Below are positions 24,725-38,205 of a stretch of 64,000 nucleotides of DNA, piece by piece (position 1 is the first letter of the stretch; each line of letters begins with the position of its first letter). A program made the translations under genes and the position numbers. Under the pieces are notes generated by a model. It saw only the letters and a list, made by a program, of their open reading frames with translations. It did not search any database and was not told the DNA's origin. Origin of the DNA: Vicugna vicugna (lineage: Eukaryota); NCBI GenBank assembly GCA_013265495.1, contig MU058444.1:2604001-2668000 (forward strand), written 5' to 3'.

Positions 24725-25486
24725 AGATTCCGTTTTTTTCCCCACAATTCTCAGACACCAGCTAGGGGTCAACAGTTCAACACAGTTCTGATACTACCTA
24801 TCTAAGATGATGTCAGGTTCTGCAGGTCAGGGGATCAGTCCTCTAGAACTTCCCCATCCTTTCCCACGTCAGATGCCAATCCCAAATCAGGCTTATACCT
24901 GTGTTTCTAACAGACTGTCTATGGATGGGAGAGTCGCATGACCCTCTCCTTGGGGGCAATTAATTTGCTAAAGTGGCTCACAGAACTCAGAGAAACATTT
25001 TACTTACTAGATACTGATTATATTCATTATAAAAGGATGTAACTCAGAACAGCCAGATGGAAAAGACGCACAGGACAAGGTCTGGGGAAAGAGGGGAGAG
25101 CTCACTGTTCTCTCAGCATCTCCACGTGTTCACCAACCAGAAGCTCTCCAGACTGGTCATTTTTAGGTTTAATGGAGGCGTCATTACATACGGATAATTG
25201 ACTAAATCCTTGACCATTGGTGACTGAACTCCATCTGCAGCCCCTCTCCCCTCCTGGGAGGTCAGGGCGCAGAACTGAAAGTTCCAACCCTCTGATCCCT
25301 GGATTGGTTCCCCTGGCAACCAGCCTCCATCTTTATGTGATTTAGGGATTTTCCAGAAGCCAACTCAGGAACGTAACAAAAGCTCTCAACATATAGGAAA
25401 TTCCAACGGTTTCAGGAGCTCCATTCCAGGAGCTAATGGGAACAAAGACCAAATATATTTTTCTGATTGTAAATCACAATATCACA
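24725..25486 (-). mobile_element. MER21-like LTR
   Basis: ttaatttgctaaagtggctcacagaactcagagaaacattttactt...; terminus aaatcacaatatcaca. Confidence 0.75.
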
Positions 25487-25780
25487 CCACCTTGCTAATA
25501 GTGGTCACTACAAACACTAGTTACAACCCTGAACCAGTGTGAGTCAGGAAATAGTCAGTTCATTCTAGATTCCTTTTTGGTTTTGCACAGATTGTTCTAG
25601 TCTCACATGGACTAGTCTGGATTTAGGGTGCTTATCAATAAAGGAACTGTTAGAACATAAGAATCTTATTTTCCTTCACTGTCCAGGTCTTTCTCATTTA
25701 AACATTTGTTTTGCTGAAATCGTCTTAATGTGATGAGAGATCTGCTCTCTGAAAGGGCTGGATTGTTTGGACAACACTGA

Positions 25781-26575
25781 TTTTTTTTTTAATTGAAGTA
25801 TAGTCAGTTACAATGTGTCAATTTCTGGTGTACAGCATCTTGTCCTAGTCATGCATATACATATGTTCATTTTCATACTCTTTTTCATTAATGGTTACAA
25901 GATATTGAATATAGTTCCTTGTGCTATACAGAAGAAATTTTTTTTTAAATCTATTTTATATATACTAGTTAATATTTGCAAATCTCGATTTGCATTTATC
26001 CCTTCCCAATTTATCCCTATCCCAATTTATCCCTTCCCACCCCCTTTTCCCCTGGGTAACCACAAGATTGTTTACTATGTCTGTGAGTCTGTTTCTGTTT
26101 TGTAGATGAGTTCATTAGTGTCTTCTTTTTTGAGATTACACATATGAGTGATATCATATAGTATTTTTCTTTCTCTTTCTGGCTGACTTCACTTAGAATT
26201 ACGATCTCTAGGTCCATCCATGTTGCCACAAATGGCATTATTTTATTCCTTTTTATGGCTGAGTAGTATTCCACTGTATATATACACCACATCTTCCTTA
26301 TCCAGTCATCTGTTGATGGACATTTAGGTTGCTTCCATGTCTTCGCTATTGGAAATAGTGCTGCTATGAACATTGGGGTGCAGGTGTCTTTTTGACTCAG
26401 AGTTCCCTCTGGATATATGTCAGGATTGGGATTGCTGGATAATATGGTAAGTCTATTTTTAGTTTTTTAAGGATCCTCCATACTGTTTTCCATAGTGGGT
26501 GCACCAAAGTACATTCCCACCAACAGTATAGGAAGCCTCCCTTTTCTTCACATCCTCTCCAGCATCTATCATTTG
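25781..26575 (-). mobile_element. LINE-1 3' fragment
   Basis: Poly(T) end; ORF 26017..26373 [25 protein letters not shown] is the ORF2 C-terminus. Confidence 0.95.
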
Positions 26576-26829
26576 GAGTATGTGACATGTTTGAAAAGCA
26601 TGTTGAGAGACGACGTATTTCTAGAAGAGAGTTCAGGGTAAATGAGTATCAGATACACCAGAAACTAAGCAAATGAGAAAACAAATACCAGGAAAACAAA
26701 AATTTAAATATAATCAAACTACGTGGTTCAGCAGTGAGAAACATTTCATCATCACAGCAACATAAATACTATTGATCTAATCAAAAGATGAGCCATAGGA
26801 GGAGGGGATCTATAAATGAATATATATGA

Positions 26830-26960
26830 GGGGGGAGGGGATAGCTCAAGTGAGAGAGTGCCTGCTTAGCATGTGCAAGGTCCTGGGTTCAATCCCCAGT
26901 ACCTCCTCTAGAAATAAAAGAGCAAATGAATAAACCTAATTACCTTACCCCTACCCCAAA
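26830..26960 (+). mobile_element. tRNA-Ala-derived SINE with TSD
   Basis: TSD aaatgaatatatatg (26814-26828) / aaatgaatatatgtg (26961-26975). Confidence 0.9.
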
Positions 26961-28599
26961 AAATGAATATATGTGGGTGTAGTGGGCAGTTAGTGTGTAA
27001 GAGAACCCAATTCTCACCTTCCATAACAGGAAGCTGATAGGTATGCAAAAGTGGGGGAAAAAACACACAGTTCACCAAGTATAGAAATATAGCTACAGCT
27101 ATAAATATAGCTATAAATACTTAAAGAAACAGTGAAGAAGATGAAACCACTCCTTTGGAAACAAGGATTGGGAAGGAAGACATGAAACTTGCATTACTGA
27201 TTTTCACAATAAACTTGGTGGAACGATTTGATTTTTAAAACTATGACTATACAAACTCATAAAGATAAAATCACATTAAAATTTCTTTGTAAACTGTAAA
27301 GTGACAAAGACCATCATTATTATTAATAAGGTTATCAATAAACTGTTTCTTCAGTTGGTTTGACACAATATTTATGCCAATTAAGTGAGATCATATACAT
27401 TAATGTCTAGAACACTGCTTCGCACATAATACATGCTCAATAAGTAAAGATTTCTTTCTTCCAGAATTGTGGATAAAAGTACCTAAAAACTTTTCTCATA
27501 TCAAAATATATTAAAAGCCTCTATTAAAGCATTAATCACTTCCTGGCAATAAAATGTAATACCCTATTGGGTTGACAAGGATAATGTTTTAAAAAGAAAT
27601 AATAGAAAAAAGTGAGATGTTTTGATCTTTTGATCTACCAACAAATATTCCTTGAGAGAATTATTATAATATAAATCAGGTTATTTTTATAAACAATAAT
27701 TTAATACTGGAAAAAATATTGTTCTGTAGCTACAACATGGAAATCAAATAGCTTACAATTGACTTAAATTGTTTCATGTTTTCCCAAACCAATGACAGTT
27801 ACCAAATCAAAAGGAAAACATGCTAGTTAATCATAGCATAAGCTCTTTTCCTAATACGGTATGAACAATTTTAAAGTTCTTACTGTATGACATCTTAGGG
27901 TGTGTATTTTCTTAACTCTCAGAGGAAGATTAGTAACATATCATGTGCCTATTTTGTTTTTTTTAAACCAAGCTGCTACCCAGACTGTTCAGAGCTTTGA
28001 AAAGTCCAGTCTCCTTCCCTTATAATTAAGTGATGATGTAGGCTGACCTGGATTTGTTTGTGAAGTAATCACAGGTGATCTCATAGTCGGTTTGAGTTTT
28101 GTGTTTTAGGGATGAATTCTCATGGGAAAGAAGACCTTTCTAGAAATTCTGTTGTAAATGGCTTTTGGGAATTTCAGATACATTCTCAAACAATAGGGTA
28201 CTAATTATTCCAACACCCATGCTCCCTAATTTGGTATCAACTATCAATCCCTCTCACCAAGGCCAGCCACCTGTAAAATATACATGAGATTCTTAGAAGG
28301 TTCCCAATATTGCCGCACTCTCGTCTGCAATCCACAACTCATCATTTCACATTTTCACATTTTCTGAATGTCAAGGTTACATAGCCTCTTAAAATGCAAA
28401 TGGTGATGGCAGAATGAGGCCTTGACTCAGACTTTAGGCTCATGATCTATTTCTTTCTATGTCTAGCTAATATAACGTGGAACCACAGATACCCAATTGC
28501 CTAAGAAGGCCTTTCTCAACCTCCTCCACCCTCCCAACCATATTCTTTTCTTCCACTTGTTTACTGAAGTTGAATTTTACAAATATTTATGTGATTCTT

Positions 28600-28738
28600 T
28601 ATTATTCACACCCACTAGACTATAAGTTTCCCAAGAAGAAGCACCTTATCATTTTTGGCTCAGAATTGTAACCCAGTGTAACCAAGGACTATGCCTGGCA
28701 CATGATAGATGCTCTGAAATGGTTACTGAATGAATCGA
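28600..28738 (+). mobile_element. LINE-2 3' end relic
   Basis: cccactagactataagtttcc...tgcctggcacatgatagatgctc...ctgaatgaat. Confidence 0.65.
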
Positions 28739-28749
28739 CAAGAATATAT

Positions 28750-28816
28750 TTTACAGCCAAGACATGGAAACAACCTAAATGTCTGTTGACAGATGACTGG
28801 ATAAAGAAGCTATGGT

Positions 28817-28851
<35 letters not shown>

Positions 28852-29312
28852 ATGGAATACTACTCAGCCATAAAGAAGAATAAAATAATGCCATTAGCAG
28901 CAACATGGAAGAAACTGGAGATCGTCATTCTAAGCGAAGTCAGCCAGAAAGAGAAAGAAAAATACCATTTGACATCACTTACATGTGGAATCTAAAAAAG
29001 AACACAAAGGAACTTATTTATAAAACAGAAAGAGACTCAGACATAGAGAACAAACTTATGGTTACTGGGGGAGAAAGAGGGTGGGAAGGGATAAATTGGG
29101 AGTTGAAGATCTGCACATACTAACTACTATATATAAAATAGATAAACAAGTTTCTAGTGTATAGCACAGGGAACTATATTCAATATCTTGTGGTAACTTT
29201 TAATGAAACAGAGTGAGAAGAAATCTATGTATGTATGTGTATGACTGAAACATGATGCTGTACACCAGAAATTGACCCAACATTGTAAACTGACTATACT
29301 TCTGTAAAAAAA
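28750..29312 (+). mobile_element. LINE-1 3' fragment with internal (CA)n(TA)n
   Basis: AKTWKQPKC...EYYSAIKKNKIMP peptide, L1 3' UTR and A tail. Confidence 0.95.
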
Positions 29313-29337
29313 ATTTTTTTTTAATTATGCATATCAA

Positions 29338-29730
29338 GAGAGTGAGCTCACCTCCTCCCATGGGCACACCCAAATCCCAACTTTTTTTATGACAAAAATA
29401 GCAACTCTTAATGATAAAGACCTGAAAACTAGCAGAAAAGACCTTCTACAACGACAGATGTAAACAAGGAGCCCTCAAGGAGATAGGTGGGAGGGGCAGA
29501 TACACGGAGCAGTCAAGTCCCGCACCCCATGGTGGGCGACCCACAAGCAGGAGGATGATCACAATTGCAGAAGCAAGGTCCTGTGTTCAACCCCCAGTAC
29601 CTCCATTAAAAAATAAAATAAAATAACAATTAATTTAAAAATACATAAAGAAATCTAGTCACCTCCCCTCTCAAAAATAAAGAAAGAAAGAAAGAAAAAC
29701 CTAATTACCCCACCAAGAAAAAAACATAAT
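29338..29730 (+). mobile_element. LINE-1 5' UTR fragment fused to a 5'-truncated SINE with two tail modules
   Basis: 29338-29573 resembles 5505-5720; caaggtcctgtgttcaacccccagtacctcca follows directly. Confidence 0.7.
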
Positions 29731-32700
29731 TACAATTTTCAAATTATTGAGAAAGACTAGGAGTGTTAAGCTAGAAAGAGAAAACATACAAATCTAGTCC
29801 TGGTTTTGTGTCAGAAGAGCCTTGTTATTGTAGTGGTGTCTCACTTCCTGTGTCACATCTGTCTCTATTAATCCTTATGTCATGGAACTGAACAGTCTAA
29901 AAGTTTTAAATTTCCTTATAAACTTTAATTTTCGCCTTTTCCTATTCTAAAATTTTCCCCAGTAACTCATTTAAATGTTAAGTTGTGTTGCGGAAACCTG
30001 TGTTATATGTTCGATAGGCCGTTTATACATGAAAGAGGGAGAAAAGCATGAAAAAAATGATCAAAGCAGACAATCAGGTGATGCAAAGAAACTTTAACCC
30101 TTCATGAAGTGGACCATCTCCACCATTCAGAAAACTGCAGAATGCGGAGAGTGGCAGGCAGAAGGATGGAAACTGACAGGAGAAAGAATAAAGAACAAGG
30201 AAGAGAAGAAAAGAAAATATCTGATTGTCTGGGTCCCCACGGCCAACTTTGTTTAGAGTGAGAAAACCTAGAGTTGTTTGGCCTTTGGGGACTGGCTGGC
30301 TGGATACTCTGGTCACACAGAGTATTTACGGGGATGCAGGAAAGTTACTGAAGTTTGGATCTGCTGACCTGGACCCCCCATAGGAGTGGCTCCATCTTGG
30401 GCTTAGAAGTGTATTTCAAATCCAACTGTTCCCAGTCTGTGTTTCAAAGGCATCAGTTCTTTTTGTTCCTGTGTAACTTCTTACCTCTTCAAGTGACAAA
30501 CAATAGGAAATCACATGATTTCCTTTCTCCCAGAGGCCGACAGAAAACGGCTTGGAAACTAGAGAGAATGCTCACCAACCCTCGCTGGTTTCTGGGTTTC
30601 CTAGGATATTAAAAAGATACAGCTGGAGAGAGGCTTCACCTGGGAAGAAAAGGGAACGTTCATTTCCTCTTCTGGTCTAACTCTCACAGACAACTTGCTT
30701 TCTCCAATCTCCTCCCATCTGCGTGCTCCTTCCTGTGGGGCTGACATCTCTGGACACGATTTCTAGATCTCCTGCAGCTGGGGTACCCACCGTCTCTTCC
30801 ACTTTGCTGGAAGACTTAGCTCTTTACCATCACATCCAGGGGTGACGTCAATTGAGCGTGTAAGGTTATTCATCACGTCTCTGTCCTGGATAGACTGTAT
30901 AATGAATTTTAGGGCTTGTCAGATTTCAAGGCTCGGTTTCATAGCACACAGATTGTTAGGAATTTGAAAAGTGCTTAATAATTATCCATCACCGAGTCAG
31001 CTTTGATGGAAGATCAGAAGTGTTATGAAATAAATGCAAAGTGATAATTGCAGCTGATTCAGGGCAAAATTATTTTTGGTATATTTTGAGCACCAGATAA
31101 ATGTCAAGGAACTCAATGAGAAACAGCAAAAACTGCTGAATAACATAAATTCACGTGCGTAGCTGCTGCAGACAAAACAGAGATCCTCTCTACAATGTCT
31201 GTGTGAGAAGAGTTTCACTGGACTATTGTGTCTTAAAATGTAATTTAGGATCCTAAAATTTTCAAGTAGCAATTTGAAGAATCTTGGGGTTTTCTTTGGA
31301 CATGACCTAGAAACCTCTGGCAGGTAATTTCTGTATGACTCAAAGAATTTCCCCTAGCAAGGGAAGCCACTATTTGAGCTTTTAGAAAAATGAACCATTA
31401 CTCTGGACGAACTTGTAACCCTAGCTAGTGAGTGAGCATGAGATTATTCCTGAAATCCTTAGAAAACAGTGAGTTGCCGGAAAAATCAAGACACTGAGTC
31501 AGTAACACTAGTTAACCTAGCATGTAATTCAATCTATGCTTGGGAATTTTGAATTTAACCAAAAAAAAAAAAAAAGAATTGGGTCTATTACAGGTGCCAA
31601 TCATCAGACTGAGACCAAGTGGGGAATTAAAAATGCACATAAAATCTTGGGTTATGGTATATGTTGCACGGCATAACCAAATGGATCCAAGTGTTGATAC
31701 ACGTGGCTTTGAATTGTAACAGCAGAGTCACTCAGGAAGGAGTGGTACCCGGGCACTTGGCAAATTAACGCTGGAAATGGATGGTGGGAGCAGTAAGAAA
31801 TTGAGCCAAGCCCTTTGGGTTACCGTCTCCCCAGGGTCAGAAAGACTCCGGATGCCAAGGCATCAGAAACACAGGCTATAAACAGGCATGATTAATAACA
31901 ATTAGTGATCATGCTTTATCTTTTTTAATCTTCCTCTCAGCTAGATCTCATTTTCTGTTTCTTCCCAATCCCCCAATTCATGCCCTATTACATGGATTCT
32001 AGATGTCGGTGTTAGATTTAAATCTGATCTCTCTGTCCATTTTCTCTTTCCCCTTGACTCATCTTTCAGGTCATCTTTAGATTAGATTTCTAAAAAATCT
32101 GACTTCCATCAAGAAATCGAAGAGTGCAAAGGAATATTTAGAGATGATCGAGTCTGACTTACTGTGTTGGTCAAGCTAGGTGAACCACGGCTACAGACAA
32201 CCCTCAGATTTTGACACAGTGAAGGCTATTTCCTGCAGGGTCACAGTCTAATCAGTTTGGTGGGGGATGCTCGGCTCCACGCAGTCATTTGGTGGCTCAG
32301 GTCACTTCCATTTACTGGGTCACTCACCTCTAGGTTTTTGACTCCTCTGCTGGACCCATCTCAGATGGCCAGAGAGAATCTGAATGCCTAGCTTAGATTA
32401 GATGCTTTCTTTGGTCCAATCAGCTGAGGCCATGGACGGGGCGAGGGGGTTAAGCATTGCAAACATGAGTGCAGGGGCTATTTTTGTGGATTTACACAGA
32501 AAGGGGAATGAGGTGAGCAGACACCATCAAACTAGGTGTTACTCAGGCAACCACTTTCCCTTTGTATGATAGATCTCCATAGAGTTGAAGAAAATCACTC
32601 AAGCCTCTGCTTCCCTGACAGCTTCCTTCTCTTCTTATCGGAGTAAACACTGTCTGCTTCCTCGAGCCTGCACCATCTGCGTTATTTACACCAGCTCATC

Positions 32701-32894
32701 CTTCCCCAGATTCCAATTGTAAATTTCCTTCAGACTTCACCTCCTCTAGGGAGAGGTCCTTAATGAACTCCCCTTCTCACTAATTATTCCCTGGTTCTCA
32801 ATTCTTACATGGCTCGATCCACCCGATCAAGCAGCCCTTCACTTTGCTTGTACAATTGCATAGCATTTATCTTTAGCTTTTGAAATTCCATGAC

Positions 32895-34392
32895 TTACTT
32901 TCCACCCTTCACAAAAATTAATTCAAAATGGACCATAAAGCTAAATATAAAATGCAAAAATATCAAACTCCTAGAAGATAACATAGGAGGAAGTCTAGAT
33001 GACTGCAGATATGGTGGTGCCTTTTTAAATACAACACCAAAGGCACAATCCATGAAAGAAAAAATTGAGGAATTGGACTTCATTGAAATAGAAAATTTCT
33101 GCTCTGTGAATGTCAAGACAATTAGTTCAGCCACAGACTGGGAGAAAATGTTGGCAAAAGACATATCTGATATGACTGTTATCCAAAATAGACAACTCAA
33201 AACTCAACAATAAGAAAACAAACAACCCAATTTAAAAAATGGGCCAGTAATCTTAACAGACACCTCATCAAAGAAGATATACAGATGGCAAATAAGCCTA
33301 TAAAAAGATGTTCCACGTCACATGTCATCAGGGAAATACAAATTGAAACAACAATGTGGGAGAGAGTATAGTTAAGTGGTAGAGTGTATGCTTAGGATGC
33401 ACAAGGTCCTGGGTTCAATCCCCAGTACCTCCGTTAAAATAAATAAATAAACAAACCTAATCGCCCCCCCTAAAAAAGATAAAAAATAAAACTAAAACAA
33501 AAAACAATAATGAGATACCACTACACAACTATTAGAAGGACCAAAATCTAGGACACTGTCAACACCAAATGCTGGTGAGGATGCAAAGCAGGAAGAACTC
33601 TCATATACTGCTGATGGGAGTGCAAAATGGAACAACCAGTTTGGAAGACGATTTGGCAGTTTCTTCCAAAACTAAGCAGCACACTCTTACTGTACGATCC
33701 AGGAATTGAATTCCTTGATGTTTGCCCAAAGGAGTTGAAAAATTTGTCCACACAAAAACCCACACACAGATGTTTATAGACACTTTATTCATAATTGCCA
33801 AACTTGGAAGCAACCGAGATGTTCTCCAGTAGGTGGCTGGATAAACTGCGGTTCATGCAGACAGTGGAAATACTATCCAGCACTAAAAAGATACGAGCTA
33901 TCAAGCCATGAAAGGACGTGGAAGAAACTTACATGCACGTTACTAAATACAAGACGCCAATCAGAAAAGGCTGCAGGTTGTATAGTTCCAACTATGGGAA
34001 ATTCTGGAAAAGGCAAAACTACGGAGACAATAAAAAGACCAGTCAGTTGCAAGGATGGGAGTGGGGAGAAAGGAATAGGCAGTGAAGAGAGAGTTTCCAG
34101 GACACTGAAAACATTTTGTATGATATTTTAATGATGGACATATGCCATTTTGCCCAACTTCATAGAGTGTACAATACCAAAAGTTAACCATAAAGCAAAC
34201 TATGAACTTTGGGTAACTATTTTGTATCAATGTGGATTCATCTTTTGTAAAAAGCACATATCATTCTGGTGAGTGATGTTGATATTGGGGGGAGGCTATG
34301 CAGGTAGGGTGAGGTAGGGCATATTAGGAAATTTCTATACCTCTCAATTTTGTTGTAAACCTGAAACTCCTCTAAAAAACAAAGTCTTAAAA
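32895..34392 (+). mobile_element. Old LINE-1 3' region
   Basis: ORF 32890..33213 (PFTKINSKWTIKLNIK...DWEKMLAKDISD) followed by a 3' UTR. Confidence 0.9.
33358..33501 (+). mobile_element. tRNA-Ala-derived SINE nested in the old L1
   Basis: TSD aaacaacaatg (33346-33356) / aaacaataatg (33502-33512). Confidence 0.9.
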
Positions 34393-34949
34393 AATTCCAT
34401 GTCTTGCCCCATTGAGGGTGAAGACCGTGTCGTCTTCTCCCTTTGGATACATCACAACCTAGTGCTGACTGTGTTTCTTCCTGAATCAAATTCAAAACCT
34501 TAATGGTATCTCCCTCCTCGTGAATATTTCATGTTTATAGAAAGCGATAACTACTCACTTATCACTTGATTCTGTATTGTGCACTGTCTTTTAATTGGCC
34601 TAAGGGATGGTGTAGTTTGCTCATGAGAAATGCAAACTCACATTACCATTTATTCAGGTGGATCCTGCCATGTATTTTTAAATGCATTATCATTTAACCA
34701 TCATAACAAGCCTATGAGCCCACTATTATTATTTCCAGGATCACACAGCTAATAATTATCTAATTCTGGAACCTGAGTCTAAGTCTCTGAGCTCTTGCCT
34801 TCACCGCGATGCTCACTAATAAATTGGTAAAGTGACATTTTCACCAGCTGTGTCCTTTCTTGGTCCCGACACTCCTCATGATGGATTCCTCATCCCACCT
34901 TCTTGCCTTGTCCACTGTGGGTTGTATTGCTCAGAAAGCAGACTTGTTT

Positions 34950-35955
34950 TATTTTATTTTTACTTTCAGTTTTTAAATCTCATTTATTTTTTGGAAGGTG
35001 CTGGAAAATTTTTTTAAATTTTATTTTGTATTGAAGTGTAGTTGATTTACAATATTAGTTTCAGGTGTGCAACAAAGCAATTCAGTTATACACATAGATA
35101 CATATGTACTTTTTCTTTTCAGATTCTTTTCCACTATGTATTACTACAAGAGATTTAATATCATTCCCTGTGCTGTACAGTAGGTTCTTGCTATTCATCT
35201 ATTTTATGTATAGTAATGTGTATATGTTAATCCTCAACTCCTAATTTATCCCTCCCCACCCTTTCCTCTTTGGTAACCACAATTTGTTTTCTATGTCTGT
35301 GGATCATTTTTGGTTTGTAAATAAAATTTGTGTCATTTTTTTAGGTTACACATATAAATGATATCAAATGATATTTCTCTTTCTCTGTCTGACTTAGTAT
35401 GATAATCTCTAAGTCCATCCATATTGCTACAAATGGCAGTTTCTCATTCTTTCTTATGGCCGAGTAGTATTCCATTATATATATATATAAACATATATAT
35501 ATACACACACACACCCTCCAAATCTTCTTTTCCAGTCATCTGTCAATGGACATTTAGGTTGTTTCCTTGTCTTGACTATTGTAAATAGTGCTGCTATGAA
35601 CATTGGGGTGTATGTGTCTTTTTGAATTAGAGTTTTCTCTGTATATATGCCCAGGAGTGGGATTGCTGGATCATATTTAAGTCTAATTTTAGTATTTTAA
35701 GGAAACTCCATACTGTTCTCTATAGTGGCTGCACCAATCTACACCCCCACCAGCAGTGTAGGAAGGTTCCCTTTTCTCCATACCCTCTCTAGCATTTATC
35801 ATTCATGGACTTTTGAATGATGGCCATTCTGACTGGTGTGAGGTGCTATACATCCCTGTAGTTTTGATTTGCTTGTCTCTGATAACTAGCGATGTTGAGC
35901 ATCTTTTCATGTGCCTGCTGGCCATCTGGATGTCTTCTTTGAAGAAATGTCTACT
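34950..35955 (-). mobile_element. LINE-1 3' fragment
   Basis: Reverse complement of the L1 3' region seen at 7730-8540. Confidence 0.93.
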
Positions 35956-36892
35956 TAGAGATCTATTTCATTGAAGGAAGGAAGTGTACTTGGGGGGACA
36001 TTGGAAGTAACAGCCAAGATCATCTGGTGGGCTCCCCCAGTGTTTACACCCCTGGGACTCAGGAGTGCAGACAGCACAGCTGCCGCGGAGCCAGGAGGAG
36101 GAGGAGACGGTCCGGCTGTGATGGACTTCGCAGGCACTGCTGGCTCTCTAGGTTTCAGGAACCCCTTCTCAGTTTCCTAAGAAAAACAACACGCAAATGA
36201 TGTGAACAGCTGTTAGGAGTGAAGGAACCCATGTACTTAGAGCCGAAGCCACCTGTGGTAGGGTAGGTTCCACGGGGGAGTCATCTTGGTGGTGGTTTGA
36301 GAGGGGTTTGTGTCACAGCCAAGGAGAAGGCTGCGAGGACAAGACACGGTATATAAATTGAAAGTTGACCTGGATTCCGTGAACTGAAGTGCTTCCTAGG
36401 TACCACTGGCTTGCTGATACGCTACGGGACTGATTCGGCTCATCTGAGGCTGAGCTGAAAGCTCACTGGTCTGTGTGGCTGTATCTGCTCCACCTGACAT
36501 CATAGCTGCACAAACCAGCACTGCCCCCTTCAGCACTAGGAGACCAGGAGCCTGTCCTCCTGCTGGTTTCTATGATTGGACTTGGTTAATAGTTACTGGT
36601 TATCTGTAGTTATTAACAGCATGATGACGGCTGTTATAACACATTGACATTTGGTTATTCATCCAGATCATCCCTAGTTTCTACCATGAGGGCTGAGCCT
36701 GCACAAGGGCTGGGACAGGAAGGAGGAGGGTCAACATTCAGGCTCTTCTTGGAATTCTTGTTGCTCTGCTACCTCCCTCCAGTTCTTGGCTGCAATTGAA
36801 ATCCCGCTTTCACAGGTGACTACAGAGATGGCCACGATGGTCAAAAGGCGGTGCTGACTCGCCCTTCAGTTCCCTCCATGGCAACTTCTCGA

Positions 36893-37077
36893 CAGTGTCT
36901 GTTGAATGCTGGTAAGCACTGCATCACCTGGAGGGCTTGTTCAAACACCAATTTCTGAGCCCTGCCCGGAGTTTCTGACTTTGTAAATCTGGGGAGGAGC
37001 TGAGAATGTGCATTTTTAACAAATTTCCAGGTGACACTGATGCTGTGGCTCTGAGAACCATGCTTTGAGAACCACTG
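36893..37077. mobile_element. MER5A-like hAT-Charlie MITE
   Basis: CAGTG...CACTG termini; atcacctggagggcttgtt...gagaatgtgcatttttaacaaatttccaggtga...ctttgagaaccactg. Confidence 0.8.
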
Positions 37078-37333
37078 TGAGGAATCATGACTCTTTCCCC
37101 TGGTGAAAGTGTTCGTCTTCCTTTTCTGCCTCTGACATTATACTATGCATTCTCCAACTTGCGGCTGTTGTCCACCAACATCCTGGTCACCCCACACACA
37201 CGTTCTGGTGTGGCATTAAGCTTACCATTTTCTCTGCTACTCCAACCCCTGAATTTGTCCTAGGCACTTCGATATCCATGGGACCTTCCAGCATCCTGGG
37301 TTTTAGAATGTGTTTACTGGAGGTGGGTGGGTA

Positions 37334-38117
37334 TGTTGCCTCTGTACCCTGCTTACCGAACTGAAATTCGAAGACAGAGTTTTGGATGAAGTAGAAAATG
37401 CAGCTTTATTTCTTTGCCACAGTGGGCTAATGTCTCCAAGACTGTCAGCCTGCAGGGGAGGGAAGGCAGGGGGCTTTATAGTAAAAGTTCAAGGGGTAGA
37501 GCTAGTTTCTATAGAGATGGCATACAGGATAACAAATTGTTGCAAAGTTGTTCTTGTTTTTGCAGATGCAGTGGTCCCCTTCCGGGTGTGCTGGGTGTGA
37601 AGTTCACCTCCAGTTTTGGGACTCTTCCAATATTCTTGTGCCTGGAACAAAGTGTGTTTAGGAAGAGGGTTTGTGGAAGAATGCTGTAGGGAAAAACACG
37701 TGCAGTTTAAAGTCAGGTTGATAAATGCTCCTAGCTTTTTAGGCAGCCTGAGGGCTGAGACCTCTAGCTGCAGGCTGAGACCTGCACCTCGAACAATAGG
37801 ATACAAAGAAACCAAAAGTGGCTAAAAATAGCTGCAGACTTGTACAATTGGGGTTAGTTATATGCAATAAGATGCACAAAACACCCAACTGCTCTTTCTG
37901 AGGTGTCAGGGTCAAAATCAGGGCATTGAGCATGATCACTGCACACAGCATCAGGAGGGGGTTGGGAGGACCACCCACGTCTCCCCCCTCTCCAGTCTAA
38001 CTCTAGTCAGCAAGAGCATGGGAAAAACCCTTTAAGTCATTATACAGTTAAGCAGTTACAAACACCATTACAAATACCAGATGGTCACTGATGACAGTAG
38101 GGTCCTGCCCAGTTACA
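37334..38117 (-). mobile_element. ERV1-type solo LTR (784 bp) inserted in a SINE head
   Basis: TG...CA termini; 4-bp TSD GGTA (37330-37333, 38118-38121); minus-strand TATAAA near 37475-37480 and AATAAA near 37404-37409. Confidence 0.85.
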
Positions 38118-38205
38118 GGTATAGCTCAGTGGAAGAGTGCATGCTTTAGCATGTGTGAGGTCCTGAGTTCAACCCCCAGTACCTCAATTAAAAAATTAAT
38201 CAAGA
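38118..38205 (+). mobile_element. tRNA-Ala-derived SINE body; its G-rich 5' tip lies at 37319-37333
   Basis: ggtatagctcagtggaagagtgcatgctttagcatg...; SINE TSD tagaatgtgtttac (37304-37317) / tagaatgtatttac (38206-38219). Confidence 0.88.

Noticed and set aside
35955..36700. GC-richer stretch with short ORFs (35971..36180, 35955..36137)
   Set aside because: No recognisable protein, splice pattern or repeat identity; cannot be called without a search.
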